Below the pieces are notes generated by a model. It was given only the letters and a program-made list of their open reading frames with translations, did no database searches and was not told the DNA's origin. Position numbers and translations under genes: made by a program. From Lama glama (taxonomy: Eukaryota): 64,000 nt of DNA. The DNA lies in contig CM052842.1 in the NCBI GenBank assembly GCA_028534125.1, positions 930,001-994,000 of the forward strand. The letters run 5' to 3'. Position 1 is the first letter of the stretch; every line of letters starts with the position of its first letter. Positions 1-20,482 of this stretch are shown piece by piece.

Positions 1-1120
1 CGAACCCTCCTGGATGTGTATGTCGTTATAATTCACGTCACAACCAAATCTTGGCTGGGGTGTGCCCTGCCCCTGCAGGCAGTGTGGTTAATACAGGAGA
101 GAAGAAAGAGTAGGCGCCCTCACTACTCCGAACCGCTGCTTCCTTCTGCGGGATGACCTGTATGGAAGGATCTGACAAGTAACCCCCTGTCCTTCCCCTC
201 ACCTAGGCGGCACCTCCACTGCTCCAACCCGCCTTGCACCTGGAAACATCGTGTTTCCAACACCGGCTGGTCACAACCACGAACTTTCCTGGACCAGTCG
301 CCTCTCTATTTCTTTTCCTTTTTAAATTCAGAGCTGTGCCAGCGCCACGCCCGAGTCCTGGGAGACAGAGGCACCCGTGTGTGTGTGTGTGACTAGCAGC
401 CCCTCCAAGGTCGGGGCCCAGGGCAGCGCTGGCCAGGCCGCGGACTGTCCTAGGAACAGGAGGGGCGGGGCCAGGTTCCTAAGCCTGCCTTCGACAGAGG
501 ATCCAGGAGAACTTGCTCAAGTTGACTCCCAAGTCCATTCAGACCCACAGAACCAGAACTCCCACAGCAAGGGTCCGCCACCTGCGCCCTCCGCGGGCAC
601 CCCAGTTGCTTCAGGGCAGGGACCCAAAAGCGGCAGGGCCCGAGCGCGCACGCGCGGGAGGCGGGGCAGCGGGGCGACAGGGGCGGGGGCCCGTGGAGAC
701 AAAGAGGGGGAGGAGCCTGGCGGGGTCCGCCCCCCGCGCCGGGCAGGTCCCCGCGGCTCAGGGCTTGGGCCTCGGGGGTTCGCAGCGCGCACGCGGCTCC
801 CGGACGGCTGCGGGGCCCGCGCCGCACCCGCTGGACTGCGGAACCGGGGAGCGGCCGCCTCGCCCTAGGTAGGCCGGGCGGGGCAGTGGGCTTCTCCTGC
901 CTGGCCCTCGCGGCGCCCACCCCGCAAGCCCGGCTTTGTTAGCGCGTTGACCCGCTCGCCCCGGTGGTCACTTTAACGCAGAGCGTCGGCGTCCGGGAGA
1001 GGCTCCAGTCGCCCGCCAGCCTCGTAGCTGGGACCCCGGGCCCACCGCCCTCCTCTGCCCGCTCTACTCTCCGCAGCCGGCCCCGCCGCCCTGCCGCCGC
1101 CACTGCCCTCGCCCCGGAGC

Positions 1121-5949
<4,829 letters not shown>

Positions 5950-7121
5950 GCTCTGGAAGCAGCCACTGGAGGGGAGAAGCTGGGGCTTCTAGGGAAATGA
6001 AGGGCTGATGCTCCAGGTTGGGCCCCACGGAAGGGTGTCTCTGGGCCAGGGGAGTGTCGCCAGAGTGAGACCGACAGGACGGACCGGGTTGTTCCCCACT
6101 CGTGATTGGTGTGTGCATTTCAGGTCCTACAACAGGAGGGGCCCAAGCCAGCCCACCTGGGCCAACAGCACCTGGTCACTTGCTGGATTTGGCATGGCTG
6201 TGGCACCTCCCTGGACAAAGTGGTGCTTTGAAAGTTACCATTTTCAAGTGCGTCCAGATTTTATTTTTGAAACTGAAAACGTAGGTCTTTGTCTTTATTT
6301 GCGACATAGGTGGATTCTAAACGCCTTTGCGATCCAGACAGGCTGTAGGTCTCTCCTCACCCCGCAGCCCTGAGCACCTGGCCAAGGGCCAGGGCAGGGC
6401 AGGTCACATAACCCTCATCACCTTTCGTTCTGGCTGGTTACTTTCCGATGCCAGTTGGTTGCAACAGGATGTGATTGTTCATCTTGGGCAGCCCAGCCCT
6501 GGCACTGCTCCGCTTGACTGGCTCAGCTTCACGGTCCTGTGCTGACTTTCTGCGTCAGGCAGGCAATATGAAACATTAAGAGTGTGTCTTTCATTTGAAC
6601 TGTTCTTTTTTTCATCCAGTTCTTCCATACAGAATGAGTTTGTGTGGTATGAATGTTCTCTATACAATAATCACGTTCCAAAAACTATTCAAACGTGGCG
6701 GAACTAAGATAAAATGTATAAAATAAACCAGTGGTTGTGAAACACGTAAGATCGATGTCACAACTAGTTGGCAAATGGTGCCCAGGCATCAGGATCAGGG
6801 GGACAGCTGTACCTTTGTGCAGTGTGATCACGCTCTGAACTCCCGGAGTTCCTGGTAGATCCCACTAGCACTTCAAGGCTACTGTCACCATGCTGAGTGA
6901 CACTCTGAACATGCTCAGCTATTTTCTTACAGACATTAACTGAATTACAGAAGCAATACATGATCATTTGAAGAAATATAAATATATATAAAATAAAATA
7001 TAACATGAAGTTTGAGTCATCTTATTTTGTGTCTTTAGGAACTCTTATGCCACAGGTAAACTGACAGTGAAAAGGGGGGATTTGAGTGTTGGCCACAGCG
7101 TTTCAGCCAAACTAGATTCAA

Positions 7122-7477
7122 AGCTATAACAGAAGAAAACTTTCCTGAATGAAAGGAATATCCACTCTCCAAACTGAAAGACCACATCGTGTACCGAAAA
7201 AAAATAGAGAACACAAAGGCTAATGAAATTACTGATCCTGAAAGAGAAAACACTATGAGGGGAGTGGGGGAGGGGATAGCTCAGAGGGAGAGGCTTGCTT
7301 AGCGTGCATGAGGTCCTGGGTTCGATACCTAGTATCTCCATTAAAATAAATAAGTAAGTAAATAAACCCAATTACCTCCCTCCCAAACAAAACAAAACAA
7401 AACAAAAATGCTATACAAACATCCAGGAAAAAAAGATCACTCACAGAGGAAAAAAGTCAGTTTGCCTCAGGACTCTG
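7122..7477 (+). mobile_element. Ancient L1M/HAL1 ORF1-like fragment interrupted by a SINE
   Basis: ATAACAGAAGAAAACTTTCCTGAA...GAAATTACTGA...ACAAACATCCAGG...GGAAAAAAGTCAGTTTGCCTCAG resembles old L1 ORF1 sequence on both sides of the SINE. Confidence 0.5.
7257..7408 (+). mobile_element. tRNA-derived SINE, Vic-1-like (camelid)
   Basis: G-rich head, A-box ATAGCTCAGAGG, B-box GGTTCGATACC, AT-rich body with ATTACCTCCC, (CAAAA)n tail, and flanking near-identical AAAACACTAT / AAAATGCTAT target-site duplication. Confidence 0.8.
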
Positions 7478-7694
7478 AGCCATAGCTCTTTCTGTATTTA
7501 TTTCCTTGAGGTGTCACTTTACTTTAAGTTGTATTATAGTCATATTTAAAAGTTTATTTCCTTTCTCTTTCCTTTACCCCTTTCCTACGAAGGTGTGATA
7601 GCAGTAGTTAAATTCAAGTTAAGTTTATAAGATGCAAAAAATGGAATCTTGCCAGAAATAAAGGAGAAGACATGGCTCAGAAACACCAGGTGTG

Positions 7695-7745
7695 GGCGGG
7701 AGGAGGGTGGAGCTCAGTGGATGCTTAGCACGCTTGAGGTCTTCA
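7695..7745 (+). repeat. Truncated second copy of the same SINE family
   Basis: GGAGGGTGGAGCTCAGTGGATGCTTAGCACGCTTGAGGTC parallels the head of the 7257 SINE. Confidence 0.55.
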
Positions 7746-7754
7746 AATCAGCTG

Positions 7755-7825
7755 ATTGACGATGTTTGGTTGAATCACTGGGTGCGACAGCCCGGCCAAG
7801 TTGACACATAACACCAACCATCACA
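7755..7825 (-). repeat. MLT2 LTR terminal fragment
   Basis: GCCAAGTTGACACATAACACCAACCATCACA is close to the reverse complement of the MLT2 terminus (TGTGATGGTTAAT...TGTCAACTTGGC). Confidence 0.6.
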
Positions 7826-8099
7826 CCAGGCATCACGCCTGACTTCCTCCCCTTAACGTGCATAGCGAATGAAGCACGGGTCCTGTTAATTCAGTCAGTA
7901 AACCTCTCGAGTCCTGTTACCTGAACTACAGCGACAGCCCCCAAGTGGTCTCCTGCTTTGCAATAATCTCCAGAAATTTTTTAATGTATTTAGTGAAATA
8001 TATTTTATACACTGCTCCCTCAGATTGCCGAATATAGTAATAGAGTCGCAGCTTTCTCACAAATCCAATTTTTGCCCTAGGAAAGCAATGAGGAGTTGT

Positions 8100-8830
8100 G
8101 GCTCCTCCGTTTTTAGAATGGCCGCTGGCGATGCCGCCCTCCTCCCTGCGGAGCCTGCGGGCTTGCGGCGACGTGCATCCTCTCCCAGTCGGTTCCCCCA
8201 CGCTCCCCAGTGTCTGGCTGGGTTAAGAAGGACCGAGCGCCGCCTCTGGGAAGTGGAGCCGGAAAGAACTACACTTCCCAGGATGCTGCGCAGTCCCGGA
8301 CTCCACTTCCCAGCATTGCCCGGGGCGCCTTGCGAGGACTCCATTTCCCAGAGCGCCGCGGGAGGGCCCGACCTGGTCCCGCCCCCTCCACCTGTCCCGG
8401 CCCTGCCCGAGACTCCGCCGGCGCCGGAAGCAGCTCTCTGTGCGCCGGACAGGTGGGCTACGGTGCAGGTGAGCCTGCGCGCGGCACTGAGGGGACCCCG
8501 GGGCGGGGGGCGTGGCGTGGCGAGCCGGGGCCTGGGCCTTGGGTGTCCTGTGACACCCAGAGAGGCCTGAGGGGTGCTGGCAGCCGGGGGCGTGGGACGG
8601 GGGCTCGTGGGCGCAGGCCGTGAGTGGGGCCTGGGAAATTTTGGGGGGGTGCCCAGCTGCAAGATGCTAGTGGACATGGAGGTGGCCCCGGGAGAGGATC
8701 CGGGAGCGTGGGAAGCGCCCGGCGGCATGAAAGGGGGCCGACCGTGGTACCTGCTGCTGGACTGCCCGCATAGTCTGGAGCAGCCGGCTGTCTGGGCAGG
8801 GTCCTCTCCGGTCGGGACTGCCAATGGGGC
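8100..8830 (+). promoter_or_regulatory. GFUS: GFUS CpG-island promoter with clustered ZNF143/THAP11-type motifs and a non-coding exon 1 (donor at 8468/8469)
   Basis: Four ACT(A/C)CA(C/T)TTCCCAG-like motifs at 8240-8356, ETS CCGGAAG at 8424, and donor GCAG|GTGAGC. Confidence 0.75.
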
Positions 8831-9274
8831 CCTACAGTGGGGTCAGAGCCGTCCTGTAGGGGCGTAAGCAGATTTCTAGCCTCCAAGATAAGGTCCCCAG
8901 AGGCGGTGGTGCCCCGAGGCCTCTCCATATCTGAACCAGAAGGAACCGGGCTCTAGAAGCCTTGCTGGGACCAGCTGGCCCCAGATGGGCACTGGGCTGC
9001 AAACATAGGCACTGCCTCTTCCCGGTCTGTAGCATATGGGCTTTGGCTGGGAGCAGCCCTAACGATCTGGGCCAGGAGCCTCCAGCCCCAGGGTTGGCTG
9101 TCTCCTCTCTTGTCAGCTAGAAGAGAGCAAGTGGTCCCTTTCTTGGTCTAGTGGGGGTCAGAGTTGGGCCTGCAGGGCACAGCCTGGCTCTCCTGGCTTA
9201 GTGGCAGCCTTAGGGCTCCTGTGCGGCTCTAGGGAGAGAGCTCCCTGGGGAATGGGGCTGGGAGGAGGGGATGA

Positions 9275-12981
<3,707 letters not shown>

Positions 12982-13263
12982 AGCGGGGCAGAGGGAGCGG
13001 TGCTGCCTTCTCCAGGCACCCAGCTCAGCCGGCAGAGCCCAGTGGCAACCACCCTCAACCTGCCAGGAGTTGAGGGCACTGCCCTCGTCAGGGGGCCCGG
13101 GCTCCACCCTCTCTGCCTGGGCAGCTCTGGGTAACTGTCCAGTGGGCCCACCATTCACGTCCATCCTCAGGGAAACCAAGGCCTGGCCAGGCCTGGCACC
13201 ACTCCCCGTGTCGGTCCCTGAATGTGTCCACTTCTGGTCCTGTTCTTCCGCTCCCCAGGAACC

Positions 13264-13269
13264 AATAAA
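13264..13269 (+). terminator. GFUS: GFUS polyadenylation signal AATAAA
   Basis: AATAAA ~280 nt after the stop codon. Confidence 0.8.
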
Positions 13270-14396
13270 GTGCATTTTCACAGGCCTGGCCCCAGCCACT
13301 CTGTGCCAGCCCTCCCCTCCCCACCCACAGGCTCAGCCTCCCTGAGCCTGGGCAGCCCCCAAACCCACCATCCCCCACTGACTGCTCAGCCCCCAAGAGC
13401 TGCCGGGCCACAGTGGCCGGCTGTCGCCACATGAAGGCCTTGGAAACCGGCACTCTTCCCGGAGCTCCCTCATCCCCAGCACTTTGGGGAAAGAGGCTGG
13501 GTCTGGATTCGGACAGGCTTGAGTGGGCACACGGATGGCTCAGAGGAGAGAGTGGTGACTGCATGGCTCAGATGCCCCTTGGACTCCAGAAGAGTGTAGG
13601 ACCAGACCTGAACCTTCATCTCCCCAGCCCTCGTGTGGCTGCTTGGGTGCCAGGGCCTGGCCTGCCCTTCTCCGGTGGACAGTTAACAGGTGACATGCAG
13701 AGAGGGCCTAGTGGGCAGGAAGGTGAACGGCCTGGGCCGCCCGGTCCTCAACAGGGAAATCTGGACAGGTTGACTGACCGGTCCACTGGCCAGCCAGCTA
13801 GTGCTGGGTGTGGACCTAGGGGTGCCCAGTTCCCAAGCCTTCAGGCCAGAGTCCACAGACCACCTCCCACAGGACCCAGGCACCTTCCCCGGCTCTCCTA
13901 GTCTTCGTGCCAGTGACCCCCAGCTTTCCTCTGGCCTCAAGTGTGCCAGCTGCGTTCATGACTAACTCTGTTTATCCAGGCGGCACTGGCTGTCTTCCCT
14001 GTGCCCGGCACGCAGTCCCGACCTCTATCCCTGTGCCCAGCTGACCATGCGTGGCTCCCGTCACTGCCCCCTTTCTCTCTGGCTTCCCCACGTTTCATGT
14101 CTTGACTGAAGTGGTTCTCCCTCTCCGAGGCCCACCCTACCTGTTTGCTTCTCTGGTGGTACCTGTCCTTCCCCCAGAGACTTGGAGCTCCAGGACCAGG
14201 TATCCCCTGGTGCCAGCCCTTGGTGAATGAAGGGTCTGCCCATGTGGGGATTGAGGGGGAGGGGCAGGACCTGAGTTGAGCTCAGATCAGCGAGGTGAGA
14301 ACGGTGGGAAGGAGGCCCGGCACAGAGCAGAGGCCAGACATGCGTGACAGGACACCAAAAGTGGTTCTGTGTCCTGAGCTGTCCCCTGGGTTGTCC

Positions 14397-14418
14397 TGTG
14401 TGTGTGTGTGTGTGTGTG
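14397..14418. repeat. (TG)11 microsatellite
   Basis: Read directly from the sequence. Confidence 0.9.
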
Positions 14419-15389
14419 TTTATTGAGGAGGGGCTGTCCCCCAAGCCAGAATGCAGATCTGCAGGGTAGGGGTTTGGCTGTCCATTCCGCTGATGTGTGG
14501 CTTTTATTCCCAGCCCAGAGCAGGCACCATGCTCAGGGGCAGTTGCTGAAAGAACTTAGAACAAGTCAAAGTAAAAGTTTAAAGAAGATAGCTAAATATC
14601 TTTAAAATGCAGTTTTAACTACAGTCTTAGATCTCCAGACCTTATTTTTCCCATGTCAAGCAAAAATTACAAGCAAAGCCCTGACCCACAGCCCCCACCC
14701 CCGTCAGTCTCTAAGGTGGTCCCTGGCCACAGCCAAGCACTCTGTCTTCCTCAGGGCCAACAAGCCGGCTAGGTCTCTGCTGGGAACCAAGGCCTCAGGA
14801 AGGTCTTTCCTGCTTCCTCCCCTCAGTGCCCTGGGAGGCCTGTGGAAACCACTTAAACACAGAACTGCAACAGACCCCTGCTCGCACGTTTCCCTGGCTT
14901 GCTGGACCCACTGCGGCTTGGAGAAGAGCTGTCCACAAGCCCTGACCAGGTAGCCTTGTACAACAGGCCCGAGTCCACTCTTAGCTCCAAACAGAAAACC
15001 AGGGCGCTGAGAATGCTGCACCCACCCAGCGTGAGCAGGGTCCCACTCTCCAGCCCCTGGCCTGTCGGGATGATCGGCTGGAGTCCACATTCCGGCTGCC
15101 AGGTTTTCATCAGCGGCTGGTCAGATGCCCCTCTTGGAAGCTCAGCTGCCCAGTGACCGCCACCACTGGTGCTCCAGGCTTTGCAGCATCCCCGAGAGGG
15201 CCCCCACCTGGAGGGCTGCAGGGCACCGACTTCTAGGATAAGGTCAGAGTAGCCCCCACCGGTTGGGAATGGCCTTTGAATGGCCTCTCTCGAGCTGCAC
15301 TTGAGAAATCACACAAGCGCTCGCAATCCTATCAAGGCTCGCTCGCCGGGGTCCTCAGAACAGAACTCATGTCCTCAGTCGGACCGAAA

Positions 15390-16090
15390 CGTCCGCGCGG
15401 AACTGCGCCGGTGCCGCCCCCTGCGGCGCCCCGCCCCTCTGCGTCGGCGCCCCGCCCCTCCGCGTCGGCGCCCCGCCCCTCCGCGTCGGCGCCCCGCCCC
15501 CTCTGCGTCGGCGTCCCGCGTCTAGGGCTCTCCAGCCAACGAGCCGCCAGGGGGCGAGACCAACTACTTAGCGGGCGGCAAAGCGCCGAGCCGGGACGGG
15601 AAGGGACGGGGCGTGAGGGTCTGGGCGGCGGGTGGACGAGGGCAGGTGCGGGGCGGCGCAGCCCATTGGCCCGGCCGAGGGCGGGGCGCGGCGCGGTGGT
15701 GAGATGGCGGCGGCGGCGGAGGCGGCGGAGTCCCTCCCTCGGCGCGTGGGCTTCGTGGGCGCCGGACGCATGGCGGAGGCCATCGCGCAGGGCCTCATCC
15801 GAGCAGGTGGGGCGCCGCGGACGTGGGGTGTGTAGGGTCCCCTTGCCGGGGGTGGCGGGCATGCGACACCGGCGCGGCCTGGGGGGGCGAGGCTCACCTG
15901 CCCGGATCCGGCGTAGTCCCCGGCAGCACGGGGCCCTCCGCGCAGGGTCCCAGGGTGGAGCAGGGCCGGGCGGCCGTGGGCGGGGGCGGAGCGCCGACCT
16001 GCCCCTCGGGACTGCTTCCCTGGGAGCGCAGCCCGAGGGGGATGTGGTGGAGAGGCTCAGAGCCCGCCGTCCCCGCGTGGGACTCGAGCC
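15390..16090 (+). promoter_or_regulatory. PYCR3: PYCR3 CpG-island promoter with CTCF-like site (15544-15557), inverted CCAAT (15665-15669) and GC boxes
   Basis: CCGCCAGGGGGCGA matches the CTCF core; ATTGG; high CpG density around the ATG. Confidence 0.7.
15424..15508. repeat. GC-box minisatellite, 4 x ~21 bp (CGGCGCCCCGCCCCTC[TC]GCGT), in the PYCR3 promoter
   Basis: Units at 15424-15444, 15445-15465, 15466-15486 and 15487-15508. Confidence 0.9.
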
Positions 16091-19000
16091 ACACGTGAAA
16101 TTGAGATGTGCGGCGAGTGCATGGAGTATAGTATACGCAGAATTTGGAAGATCTAGCTCACAAAGTAACGTATCTTAGCCATTTTTAATATTGAGTACGT
16201 GTATATTTTGGCTATATTTGGTTAAAAAATGCAGTGCAATTCAACTTTTCCTGCTTCTTCTTGCTTGCTTACTCTGACTACTGGAAAATGTGAAGTTACC
16301 CGTGTGGCTCTGGTGATGCTTCTCTTGGGCCGCCCAGGCTGGCCTAGAGCCTGGATCCCCCGGGACTCCCCAACCTCCTGCCTTGGTGGAGCCGCCTGAC
16401 CCGTCGAGCCTTGGACTCTTTCTTTCTGTTTGTGTCCCAGCTGCACTCCTGGCCGTTCTGCTGGATTTCTCAGTCTCAGCACTGTGCACGTTTGGAGCCG
16501 GATAATTCTCCATCCTTCACATTGTAGGGTGTTTTGCCCTCTCCGTGGCCTCCGCTAGATGTCAAGGTCCAGAGAGGTCAAAATCATCGGAAGACAGTTT
16601 ACTGCAGGTCTCAGGTGTCTTACCTGTAACACCTGAGAGCTGGCCTGCCTCCCGGTGGGTAGAGTCCACATGGATCACAGTCCCGGCACGTGTAGGCAGC
16701 ACACAGTGGCGGTCACTGTTCAAGCTGGGGCTGCACTTCTGCCATTCTATTAGACCGCACAGAAATCTGGGCTTCCCAACCATGAACCCACAAAACTAGA
16801 TGATTTCTACCAAATGGGCAGTTAGGCTCTGCTTGGATGTCCCAGCACAGATGCACCCCGTCCCAGGGACGTTTGGGCCCCACCCCACCCCCAGGCCTCC
16901 CCACCCACCATACCCCCTCCTCCCCAGGCAGCAGTCCAAGGGATATGTGTCCTCACGAGACGAGGCAAGCTCCTGGCCCCTGTGTCTGGCAGGGCATCTG
17001 GACTCGGCAGCAGGCAGGTGGCGATGACTGCTGAGTAAAATCGAATGTGTCCAATGCTGTGGCCCCATCTCTGCTTCCAGGAGAGTCTTGGGATGGCCCA
17101 GGTGTGGCTGAGCCTGACAGACTCTTCAGGAAGGGGCCTGCCAGGCTGGCTCTTCCTCCTCCTTCCACTCGCCCCAACTCCTCACTGACACCCCCAACCC
17201 TGCCCCACCTTTGCCTTTCTCTCCAGGAAAAGTGGAAGCTCAGCACGTGCTGGCCAGTGCGCCCACTGACAGGAACCTCTGCCACTTCCGGGTGAGTGAG
17301 CTAGAGTGGAGGCCCCCCCGGGGCCCAGGGTGGCTGTTGGCTCCTGTCCTTCTGAGATGCTCCTTGGGGCTGCTTACTTAACTAAAGTTTTGAGGCAGAC
17401 TGGGTTGGGGAAGTGAAGGTCAAAGGCCACAAGGAAGGTCAAGGTTGTGGAGGGCCAGGGCTGGGTACGGAATGTGTGCGTGTGGACATGTGTGTGTTGG
17501 ATGGGCAGGGGTGGTCGTGGGCACTCACTGGGGTTGGAGGGCTGGAGGAGGAGCTGACACTCAGGGGCGTCTGGGCGATCTTGGACACCGGGAGCAGGGC
17601 AGGCGTTTGCAGCGAGAGAGACCCATGAGGACCCAGAGTGGCCTCCAGCAGGGAGGGCTGCGGTTCGGGAGGGCGCCTCACTGACCTGGGGCTGGTCCGG
17701 CCTCCCCGCTGCAGGCCCTGGGCTGCCAGACCACCCACTCCAACCGGGAGGTGCTGCAGGGCTGCTCCCTCATCTTCTTTGCCACCAAGCCCCATGTCCT
17801 GCCGGCCGTCCTGGCGGAAGTGGCCCCTGTGGTCACCGCAGAGCATATCTTGGTGTCTGTGGCTGCCGGAGTCTCTCTAAGCACCCTGGAGGAGGTGAGT
17901 GGACCGTGGGGTTAGGTGGGGCTGAGGTTCTGACCCCAGGGTGGGCTCTGCTGGCCAGACTCAGCGTCCCAGCCCTGGCCACCCCAGACCAGCTGTGCCT
18001 GGGCCCGGGATGGGTTGCTGCAGAGGTGGCCGGGTGGCTGAGGGGCCAGGGTTCAGGTTTCTCCTGCCGGGGGAAGCAGGGAGGGGAGCCTGTGCTGGCA
18101 GAGGTGGTGCCTGCCCAGTAGGCCCGATCCTACGGACTCCCTGACTGTAGCCTCACTGGACAGCTGCTGCCCCCAACTGCGCGAGTGCTGCGGGTCTCGC
18201 CCAACCTGCCCTGCGTGGTCCAGGAGGGGGCCTTGGTGATGGCGCGGGGCCGCCATGCTGGCAGCAGCGAGGTTGAGCTCCTGAGGACCCTGCTAGAGGC
18301 CTGTGGGCAGTGTGAGGAGGTGCCCGAAGCCCATGTGGACGTCCACACCGGCCTCAGTGGCAGTGGTGTGGCCTTTGTGAGTGTTGTTGGGTCCCCGTGC
18401 TCCCACCCCTGCCCTCACAGGACGGCCCTCAGCAGAGTGGGGCCTTTCTGAGCCCCTGCCACCATGGCTGGGTCCCTGGGCTGCCCACGAGCACCACCCT
18501 CCCTATATCGGTGCCTTCCTGGGCCTTTGAGGCCGGCCTCTGGGCAGACCCCTGGGTTCAGGCCTCCACTCTGGTGACTAGTGTGCCGGGCTGTGTTCCT
18601 GAAGGTTCCCATCCTTCTCCAGGCGGGTGCTGGGTCCAGGGGAGAGCTGGCTCTGACCCCGCCCCTGCTGCTACAGGTGTGCACCTTTTCAGAGGCCCTG
18701 GCTGAAGGCGCCATCAAGATGGGCATGCCCAGCGGCCTGGCCCACCGCATTACTGCCCAGACCTTGCTGGTGAGACCTTGCTGCCTGGCCCCAGAGGGGT
18801 GGGTGGACGGGATGGGTCAGCATGCCTCCTGGGAGCAGTGGGATGGGAGACAGCTGGCCTGGGCAGCCTGGGCTGAGATGGGCGGGGTGGGGGGGTGCAT
18901 GAGAAGTCAGGGCTGAGCTGGAGAAGGGGCTGCCGGCCTCCCCCAAGTCACCCCAACCCTCACCCTCCCTGCAGGGGACAGCCAAGATGCTTCTGCAGGA

Positions 19001-19157
19001 GGGGCAGCACCCGGCCCAGCTGCGGACGGACGTGTGCACGCCAGGCGGCACCACCATCTATGGGCTGCACGCGCTGGAGCGGGGTGGGCTGCGTGCGGCC
19101 GCCATGAGCGCTGTGGAGGCTGCCACCTGCCGGGCCAAGGAGATCAGCCGGAAATAG
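15704..19157 (+). CDS. PYCR3: Pyrroline-5-carboxylate reductase 3 (PYCRL), 278 aa
   Basis: Exons 15704-15806, 17227-17291, 17715-17894, 18164-18376, 18677-18769, 18975-19157; total 837 nt. Motifs [19 protein letters not shown] and VCTPGGTTI. Confidence 0.97.
16085..16335. mobile_element. MER33-like hAT-Charlie DNA transposon remnant
   Basis: AATTGAGATGTG...ATTTGGAAGA...TATTTTGGCTATATTTGGTTAAA...CTACTGGAAAATGTGAAGTTAC.GTGTGGCTC follows the MER33 consensus as recalled. Confidence 0.65.
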
Positions 19158-19835
19158 GGCACATGGGCACAGGACTTGGCCACAGCCCCGAGTGCCGCCC
19201 CTCCCTTCCTCTCTCCCTGGCCCCTTCCGAAGACTCTGCAGGCCAGCGGAGGAGCTGCTTGAGGTCTGAGGGTGGCTGGAGGATGGGGCCTGGCCAGCCG
19301 TGAACATGGCTGGTCCTGGGCCCCTCCCCAGACCCTAAGCTCCTGGCAAGTGGCGGATGGAGCTGGCCTTGACCCTTCCCTGCTTGGAGAGTCCTGAGAG
19401 TCCCGTGGCCTGGCCTTCGACTGCAGGATTTGGGTCTGTAGCATGTCTGCGAACGGGCCAGCAGGGCAGTAGCCAGGAATATGGGGCCTGAAGCAAGGAC
19501 ATGGAGCCTTTGGGGGGCTGCCTGCAGCTGTCTGCTGTGCTACCCCAGGGCTCTCGGGGGGCTCCCCGCATGACAGAGCCCCCCCTCCACTCCAGGCGGA
19601 GGCCCAGTTCTCGCTGCAGCCTGACAGCTGAGACTGGAGGCAGAGGGTCCTCCTGCCTGTAAGATGGGGTGAGGCACCTGGGTGGCAGCCTCTCCTTCAT
19701 TCCTGCTGCCCTGCCACCCTGGGGGAGCCCCCATTGCAGCCTTCACCAGCTGCTGCCCATCTGATCTGGACCCTCACTCCTCAGAGGGTCAGCCTGAGTC
19801 CATCTCTGCACCTGCCTCCTGCCCCTGTAAAAGGG

Positions 19836-19841
19836 AATAAA
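19836..19841 (+). terminator. PYCR3: PYCR3 polyadenylation signal AATAAA
   Basis: First AATAAA after the stop, ~680 nt downstream. Confidence 0.65.
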
Positions 19842-20476
19842 GACGCCCCCTAGCAGCACAGAGACCAGGGTTTAACGGGAGGCCAGTGAAACCAAATCCC
19901 GGTCTGGAGCCGTGTCTCTGCCAAGGCCTGGGACACTTGGCACAGAGAGGTCTGGGGCAGGTGGATGAGGTGGTGTGGGGACAGGGTTTCTGCAAGGATG
20001 GGCTCACTGGGCCCCCCACCAACTCTGACCTCACCCCCAGCACTATGTCTGTGGGGCCCCGTGATGCATCTTCCAGCAGGATCCCGGGGGACCAGGATGG
20101 GCGCAACTTGGGGAGCAGAAAATGCTCCTCTGCCCAGCCCTGACCTGAGCAGGCCACTTCCTGCATGAGAGGCGCCCTGGTGATCCCCCAGCCCAGCTGG
20201 TGACAGACCCGACAAGGCATGCTCATTGAGGAGGGACCGGCCCAAGAAGGGCAGCTGGTGGGGTGGGGGCAGGGTCACAGATCAATTCCTTGCTGGCCAT
20301 TTCTTTACCTTCTACCGTAAGAGTGAAATTACTTTTCCAAGGAGTTGGTGGATGTGAGCTTCTTTCATCGACGTCCCATTTCTGTATCCTCCCTACTTCT
20401 TCAAATTACGTGTTCTGGATCAAGTTACAAAAATAAGGCTAGAACGGGGATATGTGTGAGGTTGACACATTCAGCC

Positions 20477-20482
20477 TTTATT
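20477..20482 (-). terminator. TIGD5: Probable TIGD5 polyadenylation signal (AATAAA on minus strand)
   Basis: TTTATT on plus, ~3.1 kb past the TIGD5 stop; the first such hexamer I saw downstream. Confidence 0.5.

Noticed and set aside
7266-7340. tRNA gene
   Set aside because: The A/B boxes belong to a SINE with an AT-rich tail and target-site duplication; no intact cloverleaf is evident.
15424-15508. Repeat array as a possible CRISPR-like structure
   Set aside because: Head-to-tail tandem units without spacers, in a mammalian promoter.
15276-16178. 300-aa ORF with APRPSAS repeats
   Set aside because: This is the translation of the promoter minisatellite and CpG island, out of frame with PYCR3.
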